Positions 16,412 through 24,206 of a stretch of DNA of 28,641 bases are shown here, one piece after another (position 1 is the stretch's first letter; each line of letters opens with the position of its first letter). The stretch is from a virus (taxonomy: Duplodnaviria > Caudoviricetes), in the IMG/VR virus record IMGVR_UViG_3300037043_000157, positions 1-28,641 of that record. The stretch is one strand, 5' to 3'. The notes below the pieces were generated by a model. It made no database searches and was not told where the DNA came from. It was given only the letters and a program-made list of their open reading frames with translations. The position numbers and the translations under genes are program-made.

Positions 16412-18247
16412 CTACACAGGGAAACAGGCGCAACGCCAGCCCACAGTGCTGCTCGAGTACGTCCGGTAGCTGTGCCAAGCCAGAGCCCAGACCCCCGCAT
16501 AGGACGTGTCGGCCCAATGCGCACAGGAGATGGGGCAAAGTTCGTTTCGTATGTATTGATAAAAATAATCTTTGCCGAACAGGTTATCGCCTCCGGGGCT
16601 TAGACCGGTGACGGCAAAGGGCAGGCCCAGGCCGGCCAGGAGGTAATCAGCGCCGCTGACGTCCTCGGCTAACACCTGGTTAAAGGCGTTGCCATACCGC
16701 TGAGCATATACCCCGCCAGCGGATGTGACGAATACCGGAACGAAAGCGTCCATCATGGCCGCCACCCCGGTGGCCCCCCAGTGGTCGGTGGCCGCGCTGT
16801 TGCCGGAGGTAAAGGATTTCATGGCCGTGGCGGTTTTAGCGGCGTAGAAGGTGCCCTTAGTGGCAGTGCCCCCACTAACCCATGCCCCCGTCGCTGTGGT
16901 ATTTGCCCCGGTTAGAGAGAAAGTGTCGTCGTTAATCTTAATAATCGTGTAGATTTTGCCGTTCAGCACCGCCATAGGGGCCGCCACTGAGTCGATTTGT
17001 ATGAGGTCACCAGTAACATAACCATGCCCTACAATAGTTACTACCGCAGGATTGGCTTCGGAGATTCCGGTAATATTTTTGGCCGCAGCGACGCACGTCA
17101 TTCCCAAGGATATCTCATACATCAGACCGTTGAGGTCGGCGATGCCGCACTCCTGGCCGTTGTGAGTGGTTTTAGCAAAAGGAAAGCCGCTCCCGGCCTT
17201 GCCGCAGTTACTATAACCGTCAGTCAGGTAGACCACCGTGGCGTCATCAGTGTCCCGAAGGGCATTGTTGTTGCAGCCCTTGGGGTAATTCTTGGCCCCG
17301 GTCCAGTCATACCATGCGCACCAGGCCTCGCACTTGGAGGCCAGGCCGTGGGCCTGGGACAAAAGCGCCAAGGCCGCATATTGAAATCGTGATCCCACGG
17401 CAAACATACTTGAGGCATTTTCAGCTCCATTCACCCCGTCCCGGGCATGAGCAGCCTTGATAGCCTCGAAATAAGCATTGCTGCCGCACGCCGTAAGGCC
17501 CACATAAGCTCTGCAAGTCCAGGTTATCTGATCGTCTACTACGGTGTCGCCAACAGTGGTTGGCCAAGGGGGTTGTGTGGCTGGATCGGTTTTGAAATCC
17601 CCCGCCCTGGCGGTACACTCATAGGAGTACCCATTAGCTACCGTAGGCCGCCTATACTCGTTCAGGGCTATTACAGTATCAGGCGTCCAGGGGATTTGAG
17701 ATTTCCACATGGGGTTGTGATCCGCATGGGTGGACAGAGGCAGGCCGTTCTTGATGGACGACCCGATATAGCCTGTACCCCAGGCGGCCTTGCTGTTGGG
17801 GTACTTGTCAAAGAAAAACCCTGACTTCTCCACCCCGCCGTCGATGAAAGCCCGATGCAGGGCATAACCCGCAGCGTTGGCTGCGGCAGTGTCGGCGTAG
17901 GCGCTGGCGGGCTTGATATCTACCCAGTTCACAGGGAATCCATTCGCCCCCGTCCCAATCTTGTAATAAAACTTGGGCACCCAGCACATCACCGACCCGT
18001 CGGCATAAACATAATTGCCATAATTCCCCGAAGTGGGGTCAGCGTGCCCGGCCAGGGGCGTGAAGCCGGTCGGCAAATCAGTCGGTGGACAAATACCCAC
18101 CCCAAATCCAGCCGTGCCAGCCATGCCAATATTGTTTGCGCTAGCCGGATAGGCCTGAAGATACCTGCGCTCCCCCGCGACCAGGACGTAATAACCGCCG
18201 TCATCATATTTCACAAGGCCCGCGTCGCTGGTTGGCTTAAGTAACAT
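16412..18247 (-). CDS. DGR target protein, C-type-lectin (FGE/Mtd-like) fold with a variable C-terminus; probable virion adhesin
   Basis: VMCWVPKFYYK, LHRAFIDGG, FFFDKY, GIADLNGLMYE and the C-terminal W....AGVW......R..S...VGWRCA pattern. The VR lies at the 3' end. ATG 18247 has a GAGGGG RBS (the track start GTG 18262 is an alternative). Confidence 0.9.
   Translation of the reverse strand: MLLKPTSDAGLVKYDDGGYYVLVAGERRYLQAYPASANNIGMAGTAGFGVGICPPTDLPTGFTPLAGHADPTSGNYGNYVYADGSVMCWVPKFYYKIGTGANGFPVNWVDIKPASAYADTAAANAAGYALHRAFIDGGVEKSGFFFDKYPNSKAAWGTGYIGSSIKNGLPLSTHADHNPMWKSQIPWTPDTVIALNEYRRPTVANGYSYECTARAGDFKTDPATQPPWPTTVGDTVVDDQITWTCRAYVGLTACGSNAYFEAIKAAHARDGVNGAENASSMFAVGSRFQYAALALLSQAHGLASKCEAWCAWYDWTGAKNYPKGCNNNALRDTDDATVVYLTDGYSNCGKAGSGFPFAKTTHNGQECGIADLNGLMYEISLGMTCVAAAKNITGISEANPAVVTIVGHGYVTGDLIQIDSVAAPMAVLNGKIYTIIKINDDTFSLTGANTTATGAWVSGGTATKGTFYAAKTATAMKSFTSGNSAATDHWGATGVAAMMDAFVPVFVTSAGGVYAQRYGNAFNQVLAEDVSGADYLLAGLGLPFAVTGLSPGGDNLFGKDYFYQYIRNELCPISCAHWADTSYAGVWALAWHSYRTYSSSTVGWRCACFPV
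16425..16537 (-). repeat. DGR variable repeat (VR)
   Basis: 19 mismatches to the TR in 113 bp, 18 of them at TR adenines. Encodes CPISCAHWADTSYAGVWALAWHSYRTYSSSTVGWRCA. Confidence 0.95.
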
Positions 18248-18348
18248 TGATATACCCCTCACAGTGGACTGATAACTAAATGCTCTATCCCAACAAACTA
18301 TCCCCGCCCCGCCGGGGCACGTCCCGGCAGACCTGCCCCTGGGTCTTG

Positions 18349-19512
18349 TTAGGCATACGAGGCCTGATTGTTGACCAGGATGGCCCGAACAATGGCGTCC
18401 GCGGCCCCGTTCTCGAAATAGGCCTTGAAGGGCAGTTCCACGTAAACCCCACCCTTGACGATGGTAGGGGTGGACGGGGTGTAAAGCAGCTCCTGGAAGA
18501 GAAAGGTCAGGGACAGCAGGCCCGCGGTAAACGTCACCTGCAGGCTGGACTCGGTCCCTGCCACCGCCTTGTTGTAAAGGGTCTCGCTATCGAACAAGGC
18601 CTTGATAACGCCGCTCACCAGACAGTCGCCCTCCGGCAGGCCGCCCCGGACCGCGTTGGCCAGGACAAAGGAATCGCCATCCAGGTCGTTGCTGATCTCG
18701 AAGTTGAGGCTCTGGACCGTGGCGATGGGGACGCCCCCTTCTTGGATGGCGGCCTGCATGGTCTGGAACCGGGCGAAGGCTATCTCGGTGGGTCCGGAAT
18801 CATAAGCGGTCCCGGCAACCGTTTCTTTAGCCCCGATAAGGTCCATCTTGGCCGTAAGTTCGCCGTCGCCGCTGATGTCCATGGCGAATTTATTGACCTT
18901 GACGCCGTTGAATTTGTGATACTGATTGATGTCGGTAAACCCGGCCTCCAGCACCAGGGACTCAATGGCGGAGGCGGGCTTGAAGACGTGGGTGTATTTT
19001 CCGGAGACACAGGTTTCGGTCCCGGCGAAAGTCTCGGCCACATACAGGGAGGGAATGACAATCTCATTGGTGGTCTTGGAGGCAATGACGTGGGTGCCGT
19101 CATAGTTGATGGTGCCGTCAATCACCACCGTCTCCCCGGCCACAAAGGCGTGCCCGGTGATGGGAAGCCCCACGAAATCGCCCACCTTATCCACCGCTGG
19201 GGCGTTGTCCAGGGTATCCGAAGACGGCGGCGCCGTGGTAGGCGCTCCCAGCAAGGCCCGGAGCCAGTAGCCGATGGCGACCTGGTCCACAGGCACCACC
19301 ACGCCGCCCTTGGCGTCGGAGTTGCCGTAAAACGGCATGGCCCCGTCCCGGCGGCCCCGGTGGGTGTTGCCGTCCTTCAGATCCCGCACCGCCTTCAAAT
19401 CCCAGGGGTAATTAAAGGGCACCAATATCCCGGCCGCGGAATTCGGGTCAGCCCCATAAGACGTTTCAAAATCAAGCACCACTTGAGCGGCGCTCCCTCT
19501 GGCTTGAGCCAT
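18349..19512 (-). CDS. Major tail (tube) protein with an inserted extra domain
   Basis: 387 aa with FETSYG, YTHVFKP, FNGVKVNKFAMD, SLNFEISNDL and ALFDSETLY tail-tube motifs. Follows the tail terminator and has an AGGAGG RBS. Confidence 0.85.
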   Translation of the reverse strand: MAQARGSAAQVVLDFETSYGADPNSAAGILVPFNYPWDLKAVRDLKDGNTHRGRRDGAMPFYGNSDAKGGVVVPVDQVAIGYWLRALLGAPTTAPPSSDTLDNAPAVDKVGDFVGLPITGHAFVAGETVVIDGTINYDGTHVIASKTTNEIVIPSLYVAETFAGTETCVSGKYTHVFKPASAIESLVLEAGFTDINQYHKFNGVKVNKFAMDISGDGELTAKMDLIGAKETVAGTAYDSGPTEIAFARFQTMQAAIQEGGVPIATVQSLNFEISNDLDGDSFVLANAVRGGLPEGDCLVSGVIKALFDSETLYNKAVAGTESSLQVTFTAGLLSLTFLFQELLYTPSTPTIVKGGVYVELPFKAYFENGAADAIVRAILVNNQASYA

Positions 19513-19524
19513 GGTAATGTCCTC

Positions 19525-20010
19525 CTAAAGTGTGGGGGTGAACCCGCCAATTAGCTTCGGGTATGAGACATTGATATTTAAAGCCCCGGCGAACAAGGGG
19601 AAAAAGCTGATGGCATCGTAATCAAAGGCCAGGTCGTCAAAATCCAGGCCCGCCAGGGCGGCCCGGATCGCCGTTTCGGCCAGGTCCATGATGACTTCCA
19701 GGGATTCCGGGCCCTGGTTAACGATGGTCCGGACACCGCTGACCGTGGTGTCATATTCCCTGGACTCATCCCGCAGAAAAACATTGACGGAAAAAGCAAA
19801 GGGCCAGTTGTCGGGGGCGATGCCGCGCTCTTTATTCCAGGCGATCACCTCAAAGACCGGGCACTCCTCCGGCGCCGGGCCGTCCTCCCCGGACAGCCCC
19901 AGGCAGACCAGGTGCGGGGTGTCAAACCGGTCCTGGCATTCCTCGAGGAGGGCGGCGTCGTCCCGCAGGGCCTCGAAGATGGTGGTGGCAATGGCGGTGG
20001 TGGTCAGCAT
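19525..20010 (-). CDS. Putative tail terminator/completion protein (gpU position)
   Basis: 161 aa, acidic, immediately upstream of the tail tube gene; assignment rests mostly on position. Confidence 0.6.
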   Translation of the reverse strand: MLTTTAIATTIFEALRDDAALLEECQDRFDTPHLVCLGLSGEDGPAPEECPVFEVIAWNKERGIAPDNWPFAFSVNVFLRDESREYDTTVSGVRTIVNQGPESLEVIMDLAETAIRAALAGLDFDDLAFDYDAISFFPLFAGALNINVSYPKLIGGFTPTL

Positions 20011-20061
20011 GAAACGCCGGTTTCCTGTTTTTGGTAAAAATCCGGAATCATTTCGTTCTCA

Positions 20062-20697
20062 TCAGAATGGCGGCGGTATGCCCTTGGGGTCACCCCCGGC
20101 CCAGGCCGTGTTGATGCGCTGCTGCACAAACCCGGCGATGCGGGCCTGGTTTTTGCGGTACACCGGCTCCACATGGGGACGGGCCGGTATGGTAAGCGTC
20201 GATTTGCCGATCCCAAAGCCCGCGGCAAAGAGAAACCGGCGCATCTTCGGGGTGACCTTGACCGTGTGGGCTTCGGCATGGTAGGCCGCCAGGGCGGCCA
20301 GCCGTGAATTGAGAAACCCCATGCGCACCGTGGTCTGGGCAATACTGCCGTCAGGCCCGGATTGCACCTGCTTCTCATAACGCACCGCACCGGCCAACCG
20401 GCTCAAGGGAGTTTTGTTAGCCGATATCCTCCCCATTTTGCCCCAAGCTCCACTTTTGACCTGACGGCGGGCATAAGCTCGTTTCGCCTTGGCCAGGCCA
20501 CCCCGCTGATTCCAGGGGTGCGCCGCCGGCCAGGTCACATCTCCCGGGGCCTGCTGGCGCATCCCGGCTTGGGTGAGCTGCCGGAGCCGGAAACCGGAGG
20601 AGGACAGGGCGTCGGAATGGGCCTTGGAGGCGAGCCGGGCCCGCTCCTGCACATGCTTGGTAGCCCAATCCTTAATCCGTAGCGCCATGTCGATCAT
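20062..20697 (-). CDS. Putative tail completion/neck protein (gpZ or virion-morphogenesis-like)
   Basis: Very basic 211-aa protein with VTPKMRRFL and IPARPHVEP motifs, in the position between the head-tail adaptor and the terminator. Confidence 0.65.
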   Translation of the reverse strand: MIDMALRIKDWATKHVQERARLASKAHSDALSSSGFRLRQLTQAGMRQQAPGDVTWPAAHPWNQRGGLAKAKRAYARRQVKSGAWGKMGRISANKTPLSRLAGAVRYEKQVQSGPDGSIAQTTVRMGFLNSRLAALAAYHAEAHTVKVTPKMRRFLFAAGFGIGKSTLTIPARPHVEPVYRKNQARIAGFVQQRINTAWAGGDPKGIPPPF

Positions 20698-21063
20698 TTA
20701 GGCCCTCCCCCGCATCACCGCCTGTTCACCCCGGGTGCACTCCAGTTGCCAGGCAATTCCCAAGGCGTCCCCGGCCATGATCTTCCGGACCCGCCAGACA
20801 ACCCCAAAGATAGTAATAAAATCCCCGTCCTTCCGAGGCGCCGCAATGCTTGCCTGGGGGATAACCGCGGTCATCTCGGCCGCCACTTCCCGCCCGACCC
20901 CGCCGGGGTTCTCACCGTAACTGATCACTGCCGAAATGGAGGTCTCCACCGCCGCGGTCCCCAATTCCCGGGCCGGTTGAGTGTAAATCACCGTCTGCGC
21001 CAGGCCGTCGGGGTCAAACCAGGCGGCCTGGGCATCGGTGGCGGTGTCAATTCGCAGCGTCAT
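20698..21063 (-). CDS. Head-tail joining protein (gpFII-like)
   Basis: 121 aa with FDPDGLAQTVIY...P.KDGDFITI.GVVWRV; directly follows the major capsid gene. Confidence 0.7.
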   Translation of the reverse strand: MTLRIDTATDAQAAWFDPDGLAQTVIYTQPARELGTAAVETSISAVISYGENPGGVGREVAAEMTAVIPQASIAAPRKDGDFITIFGVVWRVRKIMAGDALGIAWQLECTRGEQAVMRGRA

Positions 21064-21066
21064 GGG

Positions 21067-22035
21067 TTACGTGGTGACACCGGAGATCAGATAACCGGCG
21101 CCGGCGTAAACCAGGGCCTCGTCCACATTGTTGCGCACCCGGTACACCCAACTCCGGATGCTTTCTTCCCGGTATTGTTCCGTGATCATTTCCTGGGGGC
21201 TGTCGCCGGTCCAGAGAAAGGTTCGGCCCAGGCAGGGCTCTTTCAGGTCCCTGACATTGGAGGCCAAACGGGCCACCAGGACGTAATCGTGGGTCCAGAT
21301 ATTGCCCAGACTGGCCGTCTGGCCCTTGTCGGCAGAGTCGTAGATGCCGCCGGCCACCAGGACCTGGTCAACCCCGAAATACTTGGCCAGCATGTCCCGC
21401 TGCGCCTGTTCGGTTTCGATGAGGTGCGGGCTGGTGTACTGGAGATAGGTTTTCAGTTCATTGGACCGCAGGACGTTTTTAAACACGTCCCAAGCCATGA
21501 CCACGCTGTTGGGCATGATACCGCGGTTGGTCCGAAGGGCCGCAACCGCCGCGTCAACATCCACCTTGGGGGTGCAGTTGGCAGCCACGTCCCAGGCCGC
21601 GGCCGCCGCCCCGGTCAACGGGACGTTGGTCAGGTTCATGATCATTGCGGCCACCCGGATTTCCCGGGCCCGGCGCACCTTGTCCATGGCCCGCTCCACC
21701 GCCACTGTCTCGGCGTCAAACAGGCGGGCGTACATCCGCCGCTCAACGTCGTCCAGGGGTTCTTCGTGGCCGTGGTCCTGGCAGGAGAATTGCCCGGTGG
21801 TGAATTCCCAATCATCGCGGGGATAACCGGCCCGGGGCGCCCGGCGGGTATCGTGGGATTTGAGGAAAGTTTCCACCAGGATCTTAGGGTAGTCGCCGGA
21901 CTGTTCGGGCGTTTCAAAATACGGCAACACCTGATCGGCGATAAAGCCCTGCCGATCCGGAGCCATGATGGCCTCATAGGCCAGTTGCCCGAGATCGGGG
22001 CGTTGAATGGTCGTGCCAGAAGTTGGTCTGGGCAT
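21067..22035 (-). CDS. Major capsid protein (lambda gpE-like family, HK97 fold)
   Basis: 322 aa with FIADQVLP, TRRAPRA, REIRVAA, PNSVVM and LAKYFGVDQVLV. AGGAGG RBS; follows the decoration gene. Confidence 0.88.
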   Translation of the reverse strand: MPRPTSGTTIQRPDLGQLAYEAIMAPDRQGFIADQVLPYFETPEQSGDYPKILVETFLKSHDTRRAPRAGYPRDDWEFTTGQFSCQDHGHEEPLDDVERRMYARLFDAETVAVERAMDKVRRAREIRVAAMIMNLTNVPLTGAAAAAWDVAANCTPKVDVDAAVAALRTNRGIMPNSVVMAWDVFKNVLRSNELKTYLQYTSPHLIETEQAQRDMLAKYFGVDQVLVAGGIYDSADKGQTASLGNIWTHDYVLVARLASNVRDLKEPCLGRTFLWTGDSPQEMITEQYREESIRSWVYRVRNNVDEALVYAGAGYLISGVTT

Positions 22036-22061
22036 GTTCAGTTCCTCCTTTCACTGCCCCG

Positions 22062-23045
22062 TTACGAGGTCAGGCATTGACGTTTGGCTTCGATCCACAG
22101 GCCCGCCAGGACAAAGTCGTCGGTGCCGAGCTGGCCGTCGGTCGGGTTGAAAATCAGGGTCAAAACAGATGGCACCGCCGGAAGGTCCGCCAAAGCGATG
22201 GCCAGGGTCTTTTCCTGATAGGTGTCGGTGGCGGCAGTCAGAAATTCGCCCGACGTGCCGCCGCAGTTGGCATCCGCCAGCATGGCCGCCCCGGCAGCGG
22301 CGAAGTAAGCCTCGCAGGTAATGGTCGGCGAGTCCACTTCGTTCGCCCCGGCCTTGACGATGGCCCCGAGAAAGTGGACCACCATGTCCGCCGTGGGATC
22401 CAGGTCCGGAGGGATGACAAAGCGGGCCGCCATCTTGGTGGGGTTGGCGCCGTTGTTCCACCGCAAGGCCACCTCTTTGTTGGTGAGCTGGGTGAACCCG
22501 TCGGCGGCGCCGTTGGCGAATACCACCGTGGGGGCGCCGGTTTCCAGGGTAATGGCCGCGGGCTGGAGAAAATACTGCGTAGTCTTGATCCCCTGCATGA
22601 TTTCGGCCAGGGCGGCCTCCACCGTTGCCCCGGTGATGAGGCTGCCGCTGTCGGCAATGGATACCGACCCGGCCGCGGTGGCCAGATAGGGGTTGATGGC
22701 TACTTCGATGATGGACCCGGCGCCGCTGGCCGCTTTCAGGGCGATAAACTGGATGGTGCCGGTTCCGGAGTCATCGACCCGGCCACTGGCCGTGCCGTAG
22801 AGATTGGCTCCCAGGGCGATGGCACCGTTGGCCTCGATTTGAAAGGTACCGGGGTCATTCCAGAGCTTGACGGCAATGGGGTCGCCCGACGCGGCCCGGC
22901 CCAGGGTGATGCCGATGCCATACTCTCCGGCCCCGGCATAGATAACCTCAAACGGCTCCGTGACACTGCCGGAGGAAAACTTGACCCGCCGGTTCGGCTC
23001 CAGGGCCGAACCCGCCAAAAAAGTTTTGTTTCGATCCGTAAACAT
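22062..23045 (-). CDS. Capsid decoration/cement protein (DUF2190-like N-terminus) with a long C-terminal extension
   Basis: The N-terminal ~118 aa (TFLAGSALEPNRRVK...GIGIT...ANGAIALGA...IALKAASGAGSIIEV) is typical of cement proteins. It is followed by IADSGSLITGATVEAALAEI and a beta-rich domain. Confidence 0.7.
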   Translation of the reverse strand: MFTDRNKTFLAGSALEPNRRVKFSSGSVTEPFEVIYAGAGEYGIGITLGRAASGDPIAVKLWNDPGTFQIEANGAIALGANLYGTASGRVDDSGTGTIQFIALKAASGAGSIIEVAINPYLATAAGSVSIADSGSLITGATVEAALAEIMQGIKTTQYFLQPAAITLETGAPTVVFANGAADGFTQLTNKEVALRWNNGANPTKMAARFVIPPDLDPTADMVVHFLGAIVKAGANEVDSPTITCEAYFAAAGAAMLADANCGGTSGEFLTAATDTYQEKTLAIALADLPAVPSVLTLIFNPTDGQLGTDDFVLAGLWIEAKRQCLTS

Positions 23046-23060
23046 GATTTCGACCTCCTC

Positions 23061-24206
23061 CTATTTTCCCGCCGGGTTGTGCCGGTCGATATAGGCCTGA
23101 TGCAGTTCAGGATATTCCTTCGCCGCCATTTTGATGGCTTCGCCCCGGGATTTGCCCGAAGCCATGATTTCCTTCACCTTGGCCTCGAAATCCTGACCGG
23201 TGCCCGGGGCGGTCGGCCCCATGGATGGCGGCGCATTGGTTTTCATCTCCGCCAGGGCTTTGTCCCGGCCGTCTTTTTCGGCCTGGAAGAACCGCTTGAA
23301 GGTTTCACCTGCAGGTGCGCCGTTCTTGACGGCCTCCAGGGTCACCGCTTTGTCCCCGTCAGCCTCCAGGATCTCCACCACTCGGGCCCGTTCGGTTTGA
23401 ACGCCCTCATCCTGGCCGGCCGCCAGACCCTCCGACCTGGCCGAACCCCTGATTTCCTTGAGCAGTTCCGGGGCCTCGGCCTCCAATTGCTGCAACGTGA
23501 TAGGCATAATTGCCTCCTTTGATTTCGGCCCGGAACGCTCTATGGACACCCGAACCTTTTTGTCCTGATCCGCCAGCGTGATCGCTGCGGTCTCATCATC
23601 CGCGCCCAGGGCGCAAAAACTCACTTCCCGGACATAGGATTCCAACCAGATTTCCGCCGGCCCCGCGACCTCCTGGCCGTTCACCAGCTCGGTTTCCTTG
23701 TCGCTGTCCAGGACCTTGACCTTTTTCGGCCACACGCCGATGCTGGCCTGCCAGGGAAACCCCTCTTCCGCTAGATCCCTGACCTCCTGGCCGTCCGCCG
23801 ATTTGACCGAAAAATCCCCTTGAAGGAACAAGTTGCTATTTTCCTTCCAGGCCTTGGTGCTGTAACCCACCACCCGGGACCGGTCATGCTCCCGGAGCAC
23901 CGGCATCTTGGCATTGACCTTGATGCCGTCGGTAGCGACCACCAGCTTGCCGAACCATCCCCGGTCAATCACCGCCCCGGTGTAGGCCGTGATCAAAAAA
24001 CCTTTGCCGGGCTGATCGCCTTGGGCCGGCGCCAAGGCTAACGGGGCAGTAAGGCTCAGGGCGGAGCGCTGGGATTTGCTGTCATCCCAGAAGGCGTTGC
24101 ACATGGCAAAGGCCTGATCGGATTCCCGGCCTTCCCGGTCAACCAGTTCGCCGGTGCAGCGCTTGAGAAAATCCTGTTTGTTTTCGCCTTTATTCGGTTT
24201 GGGCAT
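23061..24206 (-). CDS. Prohead protease fused to a scaffolding domain
   Basis: AYTG, VLREHD, WQASIG and EVSFCALGAD protease motifs (HK97/Mu-type serine protease). The helical C-terminus contains ERARVVEI, with an internal GGAGG plus ATG (MPITLQQL) that could start a separate scaffold. Confidence 0.85.
   Translation of the reverse strand: MPKPNKGENKQDFLKRCTGELVDREGRESDQAFAMCNAFWDDSKSQRSALSLTAPLALAPAQGDQPGKGFLITAYTGAVIDRGWFGKLVVATDGIKVNAKMPVLREHDRSRVVGYSTKAWKENSNLFLQGDFSVKSADGQEVRDLAEEGFPWQASIGVWPKKVKVLDSDKETELVNGQEVAGPAEIWLESYVREVSFCALGADDETAAITLADQDKKVRVSIERSGPKSKEAIMPITLQQLEAEAPELLKEIRGSARSEGLAAGQDEGVQTERARVVEILEADGDKAVTLEAVKNGAPAGETFKRFFQAEKDGRDKALAEMKTNAPPSMGPTAPGTGQDFEAKVKEIMASGKSRGEAIKMAAKEYPELHQAYIDRHNPAGK

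Larger units (their letters stand above)
14725..18247 (-). mobile_element. Diversity-generating retroelement cassette (target with VR, avd, TR, RT)
   Basis: All four canonical components are present in the Bordetella BPP-1 order, and the TR/VR pair shows adenine-specific mismatches. Confidence 0.96.

Noticed and set aside
18310-18327. GC hairpin after the major tail gene as a terminator
   Set aside because: A 6-bp stem (GCCGGG/CCCGGC) is present but there is no adjacent U-tract, and such stems are common in GC-rich DNA.
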